Of a DNA stretch of 64,000 bases, positions 38,014 to 59,878 are shown one piece after another. The notes under the pieces were generated by a model that saw nothing but the letters and a program-made list of their open reading frames with translations, was not told the origin of the DNA and did no database searches. Every line of letters begins with the position of its first letter. Positions within the stretch are counted from its first letter, which is position 1. This DNA is from the human T2T-CHM13v2.0 reference genome, Homo sapiens. Position numbers and translations under genes: made by a program. Location of the stretch: NCBI RefSeq assembly GCF_009914755.1, contig NC_060941.1; one strand, written 5' to 3'.

Positions 38014-40227
38014 TGATCTGCCCGCCTTGGCCTCCCAAACTGCTGGGATTACAGGTGTGAGCCACTGTGCCCAGCCTTTTTTTTTTTTTTTTTTTTTTTG
38101 GCTATTCTAAACAACTTTGCAATGAGTATCCTTATATGCACATTTTAGTGCAATTTTCTAGTGTTTTGGGTATGTTTTGGGGGGGTGAAATAAGCCAAAA
38201 GACAATTAAAACAATAAACACTCATATAGCTTTTAACTCACGCCAGGTACTGTTCTAAGCGCTTTGCACATATCAACTCATTTAATCGTCACGACATCTC
38301 TGGGAGTAAAGAACTCTTGCCATCCCTGTTCTATAGGGAGTTTAAGGGGCTAGCCCAAGGTCACACAGCTACTAAGTGGTGAAGCTGGGATTTGAACCAG
38401 GCATTCTGGCTCAAAGTCTGTGTGTACTCATTCTACTATGGGTTACTCCCAGTTTTAAATGCCCTCTTTGCCTTTCCTAAGAGCCAAAAAGGAAACGGCA
38501 TTGGGGCCGGGCACGGTGGCTCACGCCTGCAATCCCAGCGCTTTGGGAGGCAGAGGTGGGCGGATCACCTGAGGTCAGGAGTTTGAAACCAGCCTGGCCA
38601 ACATGGCAAAACCCCATCTCTACTAAACATACAAAAAATAGCTGGGTGTGGTGGTGGGTGCCTGTAATCCTAGCTACTCGGGAGGCTGAGGCAGGAGAAT
38701 TGCTTGAACCTAGGAGGTGGAGATTGCGGTGAGCTGAGATCGTGCCCCTGCACTCTAGCCTGGGCGACAGAGCAAGACTCCATCTCAATTCAAAAAGAAA
38801 AAGAAAAAGAAAAACAGAAATGGCATTGGGTCAATGTGAGGATCTTCGACTTTGTGTCCGCTGTGTAGATACAGGTGGTAGTAAAGTCCTCTTCGAGTTT
38901 AGTCCCGAGAAAAGCCTTGTCTTTTAGGGACTCACTTCCTTATACTAGCGTAAAAAAATTTACAGGAGGCCATTGTTTTGGACTAAGGTACTGCACTAGG
39001 CCCAACAGTCCAGAGCGACCAAAACGAAGTCACTCGTGGCAGGTGCCCGGTGATCACCCTGAACTTTAAAATGGGTCACTTTTCCAAAAAACAGGAGATT
39101 CACAGCAACCAACAGACAGGGTTTTAGTGCCTCTGTCACACAGATGTCTTGTAGCTATCCCTATCTCCTTTTGAAAGTAAGTGGATACGATTAACACGTG
39201 AATAAAATGAATGAAACAATTCATTTAACAGTTCATTTAAACTAACTTTTTGGACCCTTCTTGCTTTGTAAGAATTCTTGGGGTCGGGAAGGTGGTGTGC
39301 TGGCACTGGGAACATCCTGTTAATTGTACTTGCCAGCTTAATTACCTAAACAAAGCCCAAAGCCTTCTAGAGAAAAGGAGTAATTTGTAATTACCAGCAA
39401 CTGGTTTGACACATCAAGGCCCCTATTCTCATTCTGAAAAGGAAGCCAGCAAACATAAAGAACAAAAACCTTCCACTTAAAAAAAAAAGCCCCTTCACGC
39501 TCTAACGTCTTGATTCGACACTGCACCATTGTGAGCTTGAGAACAGTACTCAGTCTAAAAGCAACGTATCCCCTTAGACAGCTCCATTCTGACCACCACC
39601 AAAAGCTGCGGTTCTCCAAAAAATTAGCAATGGCTGGGGAGAATACGAATGATTTTTATTTTTGCTAATATGCATTTTTTTATTTTTAAGAATGAGCACT
39701 TTCAGGCTGGGCGCGGTGGCTCACGCCTGTAATCCCAACACTTTGGGTGGCCGAGGCGGGTGAAACACTTAAGCCCAAGAGTTTGACAGCAGCCTGGGCA
39801 ACATGGTGAAACCCTGTCTCTACAAAAAATACAGAAATTACCCAGGTGTAGTGGCACGCACTGCAGGCCCAGCTACTCAGGAGGCAGAGGTTGCAGTAAG
39901 CTGAGATCGTGCCACTGTGCTCTAGCCTGGATGACAGGACAAGACCCTGTCTCAAAAAAACAAACCAACAATGAAACAAAGAAGATAACAACCCCTACCC
40001 CAAACAAACCCCTTCCTTGCTTGGGGACCACACTGCCTTTGTGAAACTAACAAATCAGCCACAGATTATAAATTATGACTCAGAACCAGGTGTGGTGGCT
40101 CATGCCTTTTGGGAGCTGAGCATTTTGGGAGGCTGAGGCAGGTGGATCATCTGAGGTCAGGAGTTCGAGACCAGCCTGGCCAACCTGGTAAAAACCCCAT
40201 CTCTACTAAAAATATAAAAATTAATCA

Positions 40228-40461
<234 letters not shown>

Positions 40462-40547
40462 TTATTAAACTCTTTCTCTGTTGCAATACTGCTGTCTTGG
40501 TAAATTGGCTCTCTCTGTGCAGTGGGCAAGATCAACCCTTTGGATGA

Positions 40548-41197
<650 letters not shown>

Positions 41198-41419
41198 TGA
41201 ACTCCTGACCTCAAGTGATGCCCCCACCTCAGCCTCCCAAAGTGCTGGGATTATAGGTGTGAGCCAGTGTGCCTGGCCATTTATTTGATTCTTATTATTT
41301 TTTGATTCTTAATTCCTGTTTTTATTATACCAGTAACACTAACTCATTGTAGAAGAACAGACGAGCCAAAAGAACAATCAATTATTAAAGTCTGTATACA
41401 TACTACCAGGGCAAGACTT

Positions 41420-42240
41420 TCTACAAAGTCAAAAACAACAGATGTTGGCAAGGACGTAGAGAAGAGGGAAGGCCTGCATGCTGCTTGTGGGAATGTAAAT
41501 CAGCACAACCCTCAAGAAAAACCAGCATGGAGAGTTCTCAGAGAACCAAAAGTAGAACTACCATTCTACCCAACAATCCCACCGTGGGTGTCCACCCAAA
41601 GGAAAAGAAACTCTTCTATCCAAAAGACACCCACACTCGCAGGTCCAATGCAGACACCCACACTCGCAGGTCCAATGCAGACACCCACACTCGCAGGTCC
41701 ATTGCAGACACCCACACTCGCAGGTCCAATGCAGACACCCACACTCGCAGGTCCAATGCAGACACCCACACTTGCAGGTCCAATGCAGCACAACTCACAA
41801 TAGTGAAGACATGGAATCAATCTAAGCGCCCATCCACGGGCAACTGAATAAAGAAAATATGGCAAATGTATACCATGGATACCCCTCAGCCATAAAAAAA
41901 GAATAAAACCATGTCTTTTGCAGCAACATGTTGGAGCTGGAGGCCATCATCCCAAATGAAACAACTCAGAAACCAAAAGTCAAACACCACATGTTCTCAT
42001 GTAAAAGTGGGAGCTAAACCATGTGTGCACAGGGTCATGGAATGTGCAATAAGAGAGACTGGAGACTTGGAAAGGTGGGGAGGTGGGAGGAGGGTGAGAG
42101 ATGAGAAATTACCTTTTTGGTACAATGTACACTATTTGAGTGATGGGCACACCAAAAGCCCAGACTTGGCCACTATATAATATATCCACGTAACAAAACT
42201 GCATCCGTACCCCCTAAATCTATAAAAATAAAAAATAAAC
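41420..42240 (+). mobile_element. L1 3' end (L1PB/L1MA-like): ORF2 C-terminus plus 3'UTR
   Basis: Translation AAQLTIVKTWNQSKRPS resembles the L1 ORF2 C-terminus; ends ...GTAACAAAACTGCATCCGTACCCCCTAAATCTATAAAAATAAAAAATAAA. Confidence 0.85.
41626..41787. repeat. 27-bp tandem repeat GACACCCACACTCGCAGGTCCAATGCA x6 inside the L1
   Basis: Units start at 41626, 41653, 41680, 41707, 41734 and 41761. Confidence 0.95.
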
Positions 42241-42393
42241 ACTTTTCTAAAAGAACTTTTAAAGACACCTGCTTTAAGCAACTACAATTTAGTTAACTAT
42301 GTAGTTTCACCATACTCCTAATTAAGTACTACAATTCATGCTAATAGCAAAAATATACCTGATACATAGAGTGAACCAGCATCTCTCTCTCTA

Positions 42394-42750
<357 letters not shown>

Positions 42751-42856
42751 TTATTCTAATTTCCATATTTTTCTATCAGCTCCTTGGCTTTAGAAATATA
42801 GGCATTCATTGCATCTTCTGTCAACAACCGAAAGGGGTTTGGTTTGGAAAGGGGTT

Positions 42857-43307
42857 GTGTATTAGTCTGTTTTCACTCTGCTGTAAAGAACTGCCCAAGA
42901 CTGGGTAATTTATAAAGGAAAGAGGTTTAATTGACTTTAATTGACTCACAGTTCAGCATGCCTGGGGAGGCCTCAGGAAACTTACAATCATGGCAGAACG
43001 TGAAGGGAAAGCAACCACCTTCTTCACAAGGCGGCAGGAAGGAGAAGTGCTGAGCGGAGGGGGAAGAGCTCCTTAAACAGCCATTGGATCTCGTGAGAAT
43101 TCACTATCCCCAGATCAGCATGTGAGGAGCTGCCCCCACGATCCAACCACCCCCACCTGTGGGGATTATAATCTCATGAGAATTCACTATCCCCAGATCA
43201 GGATGGGGGGAGCTGCCCCCACGATCCAACCACCCCCACCTGTGGGGATTATAGGGATTACAATTCAAGATGAGATGTGGGTGGGGATGCAAAGCCTAAC
43301 CATATCA
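42857..43307. mobile_element. THE1/MSTA-type MaLR LTR with an internal ~80-bp duplication
   Basis: TGTATTAGTCTGTTTTCACTCTGCTGTAAAGAACTGCCCAAGACTGGGTAATTTATAAAGGAAAGAGG start; GCCTAACCATATCA end. Confidence 0.85.
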
Positions 43308-43369
43308 GATTGTTATCTTTGCTTCAAAATTAAACTATAAACTAAATTCCTCCTGCATTTAGCTTAACC

Positions 43370-48630
<5,261 letters not shown>

Positions 48631-51243
48631 CCATCAGAGTGGTGCTAGGTGTGGGAGCTGCCTCTTGAAGTTCATGATAATCTGGGTGACTTCCGTATAC
48701 CCTGTTCGCCCAGCCTTCCAACATCTGTGTGAGCAGCTCTCTGTGTTAAATATCTAGTACGGTTTTGGTTTCCCTGACTGGACTCTGAATGTTATGAATA
48801 TAAACTAGCATTTCTTGGCCGGGCGCAGTGGCTCATGCCTGTAACCCCAGCACTTTGGGAGGCTGAGGCGGGCAGATCACAAGGTCAGGAGTTCAAGACG
48901 AGCCTGGCCAACATAGTGAAACCCCGTCTCTACTAAAAATACAAAAAATTAGGCAGGTGTGGTGGTGCACGCCTGTAATCCCAGCTACTCAGGAGGCTGA
49001 GGCAAAAGAATCACTTGAACCCAGGAGGCTGAGGTTGCAGTAAGCAGAGATCACACCACTGCACTCCAGCCTGGGCAACACTGTAAGAATCTGTCTCAAA
49101 AAAAAAAACAACAACAAAAAACAAAAACAAAAAGAACTAGCATTTCTGAAAGTTTATTCCAAAAACATTAGTCCCATGAAATGCTCGTGGGTTCTGTGAT
49201 CCAGTGAGTTTGGAAAGTGCCATCTACTAGATTTCCTCTGTTGAAGACTCTCAACGCACATTACCATATTAACCGCTGGGGTAGGTGATTATAGAGCGAA
49301 TATTCACTGCTTCTCCCCACATCCGTGGAAGAAGTATGGTACCCTGACTTTTGATGTTTGGTGTATCCATCCAAGTAACTTGCTTTGGCCAATAGAATGT
49401 GGGTGGAAGTAACAGCGTGCCAGGTCCCAGTGTAGACCTTAGGAGGTATTACAGCACTTCTGCCCTGAGAAAGACATGGCCAAGCCACCTCTCTAACCTG
49501 TTTCAGGGCTGAGTGGAACAGATCTGAATTCAACACTTAGCCAGAGGCAGAACTGCTGTATCGGACTATAGATTTGTATGCAAGAAATAAATGCTTACTC
49601 TTGTATGCAGTGGTGTGATTTTTAGGGTGGTTGTTACACAGCAAGAGCTGACCGATACAAACATCCCAAGCAGCCCTGTAATAAACACACTCAGCTTGTT
49701 CAGCTTTTCATGTCCCCAAACTTATTTGATCATAGAACCTTATTTGTATTTCTAAGCAATTTGGAAAATAGTAATAAAAACAAACTACTTGATAGGGATT
49801 ATTCTTAAATAAAATTATCAGCATTTTGGAAAGACATATTCTTTGCAATGGGATTTGCTACCTAATCAATAGAGTCATTCGCTTCTTAAATTTCCAGAGA
49901 CTATACCAAAAAGGCTTTTTGAGATTCATCATATTATTGTTAATTATCCCTACTACTTTTCCTCTTGGGAGCACCAGCTTAATCTGAGATACTTAGAAAG
50001 GTTGGGGACATGACTGGTTTCAACACCCTTTTGACTATTTCTCTGCACGTGCCCACACCCACACATCCCTGTACCTTAATCTTATGTGCTTTAAATATTT
50101 TTCCCTCAAAACCTTGGAACTGCTGATTAGCCAATTCATTTTATGGAATATTTACACCATATAACCTAATTGGCAAAATTAGCCCTCATTGTTATCCCAG
50201 TCAGCCAAATCAGGCATCATTCCTATTAAAAGGGGACTGGAAAAAAAATTACAGAAACGATACTCTGCATTTGTTTCGCAATGGGCAGACCTATGCAAAC
50301 CTATCCTCAAGGTTCAGGGAAGCTGAGAGCTGGAAGAAAGAGGCTGACAGATTTAGTTCCTCAGAAAGAAACATTTAAGATGGGCACAGTGGCTCACACT
50401 TGTAATCCCAAAACTTTAGGACGGTAAGACAGGAAGATTGCTTGAGCCCAGGAGTTCGAAACCAGCCTGGGCAATATGGCGAAACCTCATCTCTACAAAA
50501 AAAATTTAAAAATTAGCCTGATGTGGTGGCACATGCTTGTAGTCTCAGCTACTCGGGAGGCTGAGGTGGGCAGATAATTTGTGTCCAGAGGTTCTTGGGC
50601 AGCAGTGAACTATGATTGTGCCACTCCACTCCAGCCTGGGAGAAAGAGGGAGATCCTGTCTCAATAAAACAAAGCAAAACAGAAAGAAACATCTAATAGA
50701 GCCTGATGAGCAGAAGCCATGAGGTCCCAGGCAGCAGCTAGGGGAGATGGTGGGTCCCTGCACCGTTACCCCTAGACCCAGGACTCGTCCACCGTAGGGA
50801 AGGGTTGTGTGGGACGCTCGCAGGGAAAGGCAGGAACGCTATGTGAATCTGCCTCAGGGCAGGATTTGTGCTGAGTACACGTTCCTATACAAGAAACCGT
50901 AGATAAAATAGATAAAATAGAGGCATTCGCTGAGCTGGGGTGAATCCGAAGTCAGTAGGGGAGATCAGCATCCAAGAGGGAGCTGCATCTCTGGGACATA
51001 ATTACTTCCCAGTCATCACTCAAAGACAGACAAATACACACACAGCCTTGCCGTGAATTGGATGCTTGAATGAAATACAGGGCCTCCGTCCATTTTCAAT
51101 ATTTCTTGTTGACTCTCTCTTTGCTTTGCCCAAAGGGACGGATGGCGTGCAGGAAATGCTGCCCCAAAATACGGTACTTTCGCTTGCTGTGTATTTTAAG
51201 CTCAAGGAAACTGAGAAAACGGCAGAAGCGAAGGGCTCTCTGA

Positions 51244-51651
<408 letters not shown>

Positions 51652-51896
51652 TGATCTCGAACTCCTGGCCTCAAGTGATCCTCCAGCCTTGGCCTTGTGA
51701 AGCGCTGGGATTATAGGTGTGAGCCACCATGCCCAGCCACACTCGGAAAATCTTGTACTTGTAGATTAATACTGTTAAATATAATCACGTCTTAAAATTT
51801 CTCAAGATGAGGAGCTGTTTTTCTCATTTTGCGTAAACAAACATAATTCTACTTTAAAAACAGAAGCATCTCTCTAAGTTTTGTTTTTTCAGATAA

Positions 51897-51902
51897 TTTA
51901 TT
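51897..51902 (-). terminator. RFLNB polyadenylation signal AATAAA
   Basis: Plus-strand TTTATT at the end of the unique AU-rich block, just before repeat-rich sequence resumes. Confidence 0.7.
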
Positions 51903-52703
51903 GTTAAATGAAGACATCACAAAGCAAAATGGAGTGGGGCAGGTGTCAAAGGTAAACTGAAAACGTCGTGTCTGCCAAACGCTATTCTGGTTTCCTAAGG
52001 TTAGAAACAGGAAAAGTGTCAAATGAAAAGGTACTCGCTCAAATTAAGTTTTTTTAAAAGGTCTGTAATTTGAAAGGAAAACAATTTTTCACTAAAAATA
52101 TCCTTATTACATGAAAGCCATAATTTAAAAGACAGAGAAAAAAGCTTTTTAATTAACAAATAAACAGCATCTCTCAGAGACACTTGGGAATGTTTGTTTT
52201 TAATCAGTGGGTCCTAAAAATCACTGCTTCCACCTGCAAACGAACACGAATCCACTGTGGATGGCGTCCTCTGACCCACCCTGAAGGGTTCTGTTTCTCT
52301 CCACACACTTCCTTTTCTGCAACTTTCAGCAAAGCAGGTTTGGAAGAAAGAGGATTACAAAGAACTACGACTGGCTCCCTAGTGAATAACTTAACACGGT
52401 AAAACCCGGTTTTCCATTTACATTACACATTCACAATCGCTCACTGCTACTTACTTCACTGACGTATTTCAGACTCTCTCCACACCCAGCATGATTTGTC
52501 TGAACTTAACACAGTCCCCCTAAGACAAAAAAAAATATCTCCTAAGGACCTCTGAGAACACAGCGGTGTGCAAAGGCCACGTCCTCGCACACAACACCCA
52601 GACCTGCCACGCAGCCGGTACTGTTTCCTGAGCTCATCCGAGCAAGCGTCTCCACGGGGCAGAGCAAGGCCTTGAGGATCCCGCTAACATAACTTACAAA
52701 TTA

Positions 52704-53013
<310 letters not shown>

Positions 53014-53793
53014 TTATCAATAAATGCTGCGTCACTTGCTCTTCCAAACACAGGAAGCATTTTTTGCTCTGCACGTGACTGAGGAGACTGTGGGTCCCAG
53101 GGTGGCCCCTCCCTGGGTCCCAGCCGAGCTTCAGCCCGGCAAGCTCAGACCACGGGTGGACTGCAGGCCCCGTCCACAGGGCGTCGATGCATTGGGGCAC
53201 AGCGGACTGATGCTGTTGTCTGCAGAGGACAGCGTGGCTCTCCAGGACTCCAGCGACTGCGCACGACGGCGATTGTCGCTGCACCTGCTGCTGTGGCTCC
53301 GGGGCACCGCGGGGCTCAGTTCAGCTTTCGGCGCAGATGGAGGCCATCGGCAGAAACCCGGAGCTACAGCCGAGCTGAGCTTACAGTGCTCGGTAACCCT
53401 CAGGCACTGGAAATAATTTGGATGTGTTCAAGGGGAATATCTAGTTTGTTCTTTCCAATATTGGAAGAAAAAAGTAAAACCATCAGCCACTTTCTTTACT
53501 CAAACACCACAGGGATTGGCAGGAGGTCCCAAGAAGGGGTTAGGGGAGGACGGGGTGGCGGGAGGCAGGTCTGAAGCCACCGCACCCTGGTCCACCCCGC
53601 TGCTGGGCCACGCCAGCCGAATTCACACGGTCCTTGGGGACATTTCAGTTGACTGTCACCTGCCTCCGTACGGTGGTGTGAGAGGAATGCGCGCCACCAC
53701 GGCGGCCAGGTTTTGACATCGTTCCCTACTCTGAATGCACCTTAGCTTGTCTGGTGTCGGGGGATGGGGGCACAGATTTCCTCAGCTTTGCCA

Positions 53794-53917
53794 CTTTTTT
53801 TTAGAGATGGAGGCTCACTATGTTGCCAGACCGGTCTCGAATTCTTGGGCTCAAGAGATCCTCCTGCCTCAGTTTCCAAGTAGCTGAGACTACAGGCGCC
53901 AGCCACCGTGCCCAGCC
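53794..53917 (-). mobile_element. FLAM/Alu monomer in the RFLNB 3'UTR (sense to the mRNA)
   Basis: TTTTAGAGATGG...CTCAAGAGATCCTCCTGCCTCAG...AGCCACCGTGCCCAGCC. Confidence 0.85.
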
Positions 53918-55061
53918 TTCCTTGCTTTCTGAATTAGACCTAAGGCACTGGCAGAAACCCTCTGCAATTCTGACGCCATCGAGATCCTAAGACTGAGTCA
54001 ACTCTAGCTCCTCTCATGATGAACCAGGTCATCGCCTGCGTCTGCCTCCTCCGGGTGGCCGCAGGTCTTAGGGCCACCGCTTCCTGTCCTGAGTGTCCAC
54101 TCCCCACGTGGACTCCCAAAAAGTGTGTTTTCCAAGCACACTCTTAGAATGCTGTTTCTCTCAAAAAAAGGCCGTCCACTCCGTTTTGCCTTATGAAAAA
54201 ATGGGAAAGTATTCTGAAAGTATTCCAAAAGCCCAAAACACCTATCGGAGACTCACGGAAGCCTGCGGAGACGGTCACCAGATACCAAGGGTTCGAGGCG
54301 TTTCTCAGAGCCTGTGCTTGGAACTGACCGTCAGGAAGCAATCGGAGCCGAAGCCGCTGCTCCCAAACCTGGCCGCCCATCGGCCTGGCCTTCCCGGAGC
54401 AGGTGGCAACACGGAGAACCTTTTTTTTTTTAAAAAAAGGCATCTTAAATTGTGGTTTGGGATTTTCTTTTTTTTTTATATCATGAAAAAAGATTTAGAG
54501 AATTACAAGAGTTTAGGTTAATAGGAAACACAAATGGAGGTGGAAATTTAAAAACAAAGGAATGGAACTCAACTCTCCACAGATTGAACCCACACAGGTG
54601 TCACTGTTTACTGAATTAGCACCACTTTTGTGCAGTGAAGACACCCGTGGCTGAGATTTCTTAAATCTCACTTTTTCCATGCTTTTCTTCTGACAAACTG
54701 ACCACGGAGGGAGAGCTCTCCTCCCCCCTCCCTATCCCAGACTGCTGCTGCTTTCCTGCAATTCTGGTGGTCTTTTTGTTGCCTCATCTGATTGAGACTT
54801 TGGGGAAACAACACAGCAGCAAACCAGGACATATATTCCCTCTAAAAACAGCTTGAAAATTACAACACAAAGATCTCAATAATTATGAGATGCAGTGATT
54901 TTTTCTTTTTTTTCTCTTCCCCCGGCCGCGCTTGGAGGTATCTCTAGGTTAGACTCCTCTGGGGCTGGAATGACGTGAAGGGTAAGGTCGCCCAGCTTGG
55001 CCAGGGCAGTCGGGGGCAGGACAGCGGGAGAGCCGGTCCGACCCCAGCCCAGCCTGCTGGG

Positions 55062-55392
55062 TCAGCATTCATCAGAGAGGTCGTCGCTGCCCGGGAGCTC
55101 CGCGGCTTCGAGCTCCACGCTGGACAGAAACCTCCTCAGCGTCTTGCGGCAGTTGTAATCCAGGGTGGTGGTGTAGACGGCCTTGGGGTACTTGGGGTAC
55201 ACGATGGTGGTACTGAGGAAGCGGGTGGGCCTGTGGCGTGGCTCGAAGCGCACCTCGGCCTTGTAGTTGCGCCACGTGCCATTGGGGACACAGGTGACCG
55301 TCTGGCTGCAGGAGGCCACCGCCAGGCCCAGGGGCAGCTGCACGTCGTCGATGAAGTGCCTCTCGGAGTCGTACTTGACCAAGGAGGTGTAC
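55062..55392 (-). CDS. RFLNB: RFLNB coding exon 3: (R)YTSLVKYDSERHFIDDVQLPLG...LPGSDDLSDEC* (filamin-binding refilin domain)
   Basis: ORF 55062..55457. Acceptor CCCAG|G at 55394-55392 completes the AG+G Arg codon. FAM101/refilin sequence recognised. Confidence 0.95.
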
Positions 55393-57677
55393 CTGGGCGG
55401 GAGACATAAGAGGCCGCGTGAAGCCGCTCCTCTGAGCCGGGGGCTTGGGGTCCCCACTGTGACCGTGAGTCATTTGTGGGGTGCACATGTAGAAACGTGG
55501 CCGCCCCAGTGAGAAGCAGCATAGGGTCACAGAGTCTATAAAGTACTTACTATGTGCCAGGTACCCGTCGTCTAAGTACTTTACTTACGGGATCCAATTT
55601 AATCTCCCCAACGACCCTGAGAGAAGAAACCGAGGTGCAGAGGTGAAGGTCACAGCGCCACTGAGTACTGGAGCTGGGATTTAAATACAGGGGTGCAGGC
55701 TTCCAAAGCTGGCCCCACATCACTGTTAGCCACTGCGGGCAGCAGCCCTGGATCCTGCTCCCACTCGCACAAGCTTAAGACCTCAGCCAAGTTACTTCAC
55801 TCTTCCGAGCCTCCGTTTCCTCTTTTTTTTTTTTTTTTTTGAGATGGAGTCTCGCTCTGTCACCCAGGCTAGAGTGCAGTGGTGCAATCTCAGCTCACTG
55901 CAACCTCCGCCTCCCAGGTTAAAGTGATTCTCCTGCCTCAGCCTCCTGAGTAGCTGGGATTACAGGCGCCCGCCACCACGCCCTGCTAATTTTTGTATTT
56001 CTACTAGAGACGGGGTTTCACCATGTTGACCAGGCTGGTCTCAAACTCCCGACCTCAGGTGATCTGCCTGCCTTGGCCTCCCAAAACGCTGGGATTATAG
56101 ACATGAACCACTGCACCTGGCCTCTTTTTTTGTGTTTTTTTTTTTTAAACAACATATCTTTTATTCTTTGTAGAGATGAGGACTTCCTGTGTTGCCCAGG
56201 CTGGTCCTAAACTCCTGGGCTCGAGCAATCCTCCTGCATCAGCCTCCCAGAGTGCTGGGATTACAGGCATGAGCCGCCGCACCCACCCTATCAGCTCTTT
56301 AATGAGAGGATAAAGGAACCCAGAAACCTTGAATGCTGGTTCTGAAAGTTTGGCTATACCAAATATTAATACTTTGTTCACCTTGGCATTTGGTTTGGGG
56401 ACCCTCCCTAAACCTACATATCTGGGTATCTGACTTATCAATGAAAGCCAATTATCATCTTGATTTCCATAAGATAAATTAGCATCTGTGTTCCTCAGGC
56501 ATTTAATTTTTTCAAGTCCTTCTTTTAATTTTGGGAGTCAGTTTTCTTTTCTTTTCTTTCTTTTTTTTTTTTTTTGTTTTTCGGAAACGGAGTCTCGCTT
56601 TCTCGCCCACTCTGGAGTGGTGCAGTGGGGTGGTCTCAGCTCACCACAGCCTCCACCTCCTGGGCCCAAGCGATCCTCTCACCTCAGCCTCCTGCGTAGC
56701 TGGGACTACAGGCGTGCACCACCATTCCCAGGTAATTTTTGTATTTTTTGTAGAGACAGGGTTTCACTGTTGTTGCCCAGGCTGGTCTCGAACTCCTGCT
56801 TCAGTCTGCCAGAATGCTGGATTCTAGGCGTGAGCCACCGTGCCTGGCCCAAAAGTTACTTTTCTTACAGAAGCAAAGCTTTAATGCATTTTACTGAATG
56901 CTTATAGCTTTGTAGATACTGAAAAGAGTATGAGCGTCACATACAGACACATCTAACAGCACTGCCTCCAACCAGCCCCTACCCACTGGTCAGGTGAGTA
57001 AGAATCAGAATTCTTTTCTGTGAGTGGAACGGAAATTTCATCTCTCCTCCTCAGGCAAGTAGTTAAGAGGCTGGTGGGAGTCATGGCCCCATTTTGTTCA
57101 AAATACAAGCTCCACAGGAACAAAAGGCTGAACTGCTCACCTCCCAACTGATGAACCTCGTCTTTGTTCCATGTCAAAGGGGCCTTTGTGTTACTGCAGC
57201 AGAAACTCCAGCTATCAAACCATCAGGTACCAAAAGTAAAACTCCTTTCTCTAAAAAGACCTCTCTTTACCTGAGCCTTTCAATGCATCTTTGCCCCCAG
57301 ATAATCCTGGATGAGATAATCCCCAGAGGAAGACCAGCGCTTGCCTAGTGAAATTATACTATGAGACAAGGTTAAAAGACCTCAGAGACGGGGTTGGCAG
57401 GTAAGGGAGTAGGGTACAGCAGCTTCTGGAAAGAAGAATTAATATTTGACAAAATTGTAACCCTCTGACAGCCATGATACATGAATTGCAAAAAGAAAAT
57501 GCAGAACTTTATACATAACATGATCTCATTTTTATTTTAATTTTAAAAGCATGTCTATATATTTAATTGGTTAGAATGCAGGAACAGAAAGAGGACCCAC
57601 CAAACTATTAATCATCTCTGTCATACTTTTGCAATTAACTAATTTTTTATAACAACAAGCATTAATATCTGGAATAA

Positions 57678-58378
<701 letters not shown>

Positions 58379-58667
58379 TGAGCCCTCAGAGGAGCCACAT
58401 CACAAGCCCTGTGACCCTATCAACACAGCAAAGTGGATGCCCCCTTTCACTGCTAAGGTTGTGTGAAAAGCTGCAAAGAGGAAACAAACTCAAGCCAGAC
58501 TGCCACCCCTCGCCCTGCGGTGAGAAACCCTGGTGAGCCGAGGCTCACTTCACCCGAATCCTCAATTCGACAGCGCTCCCTCTGTCACCGTCTCAGCAAC
58601 ACTCTAGAAAAGGTCAAAACAAAAAATATGCTACCAGGGAATTTTTTGTTTTCTAACTAAAGATTCA

Positions 58668-58844
<177 letters not shown>

Positions 58845-58927
58845 TCAGGAGGCTTAGGTGGGAGGATCGTTTGAGCCTGGGAGGTTGAGGCTGCAATGAG
58901 CTGAGATCGCCACTACACTCCAGTCTA

Positions 58928-59350
<423 letters not shown>

Positions 59351-59878
59351 TCAGTGAACCAGAGCACAGCAGGACTTCCAGCCCGGCCAATGCATGGGAC
59401 GTTCTGATTAACCAAGAAGGCTCACTAGAAGTCAGTTACATCCTAGACATGGGGCTAGTTTTCACCCAATTTGCAGGATCAGGGCTTCCGTGTTAAAGAG
59501 TGCAAAGATAAACACGGTGCAGAGCCTGAACTCGGAAGCCCTTTATGTTCCCTGGTTCACTCGGGATCTATCATTTTTTTTGCCTAATTTGAGAGAAGGA
59601 TGTACATTTGCGCCAGGGAGTGGAGTTGGCAGCCCCACCCCCACATCTCCCGAGGACAGAGAAGGAGGCAAACGTTTCTAGAAGGTTGGCTCTGAGACCT
59701 TTATCCTGAGACCAGGACAAGGTGTGTCAAGTAGGGGCATGGGGTGGAAATGCGAAAGCCAAAGGGGACCAGAACAGAGACGCAGAGGGCCCTGAGGGTC
59801 CAGGTCCTGAACCTGGGTGGAGGCTTAGCAAGGCCGGGCTAGACGAGGGGCGGTGGGTGGGAGCCAAGGTCAGTGAAT

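Noticed and set aside
54975-55530. Extra ORFs overlapping RFLNB exon 3
   Set aside because: Expected shadow ORFs of a GC-rich coding exon; no independent support.
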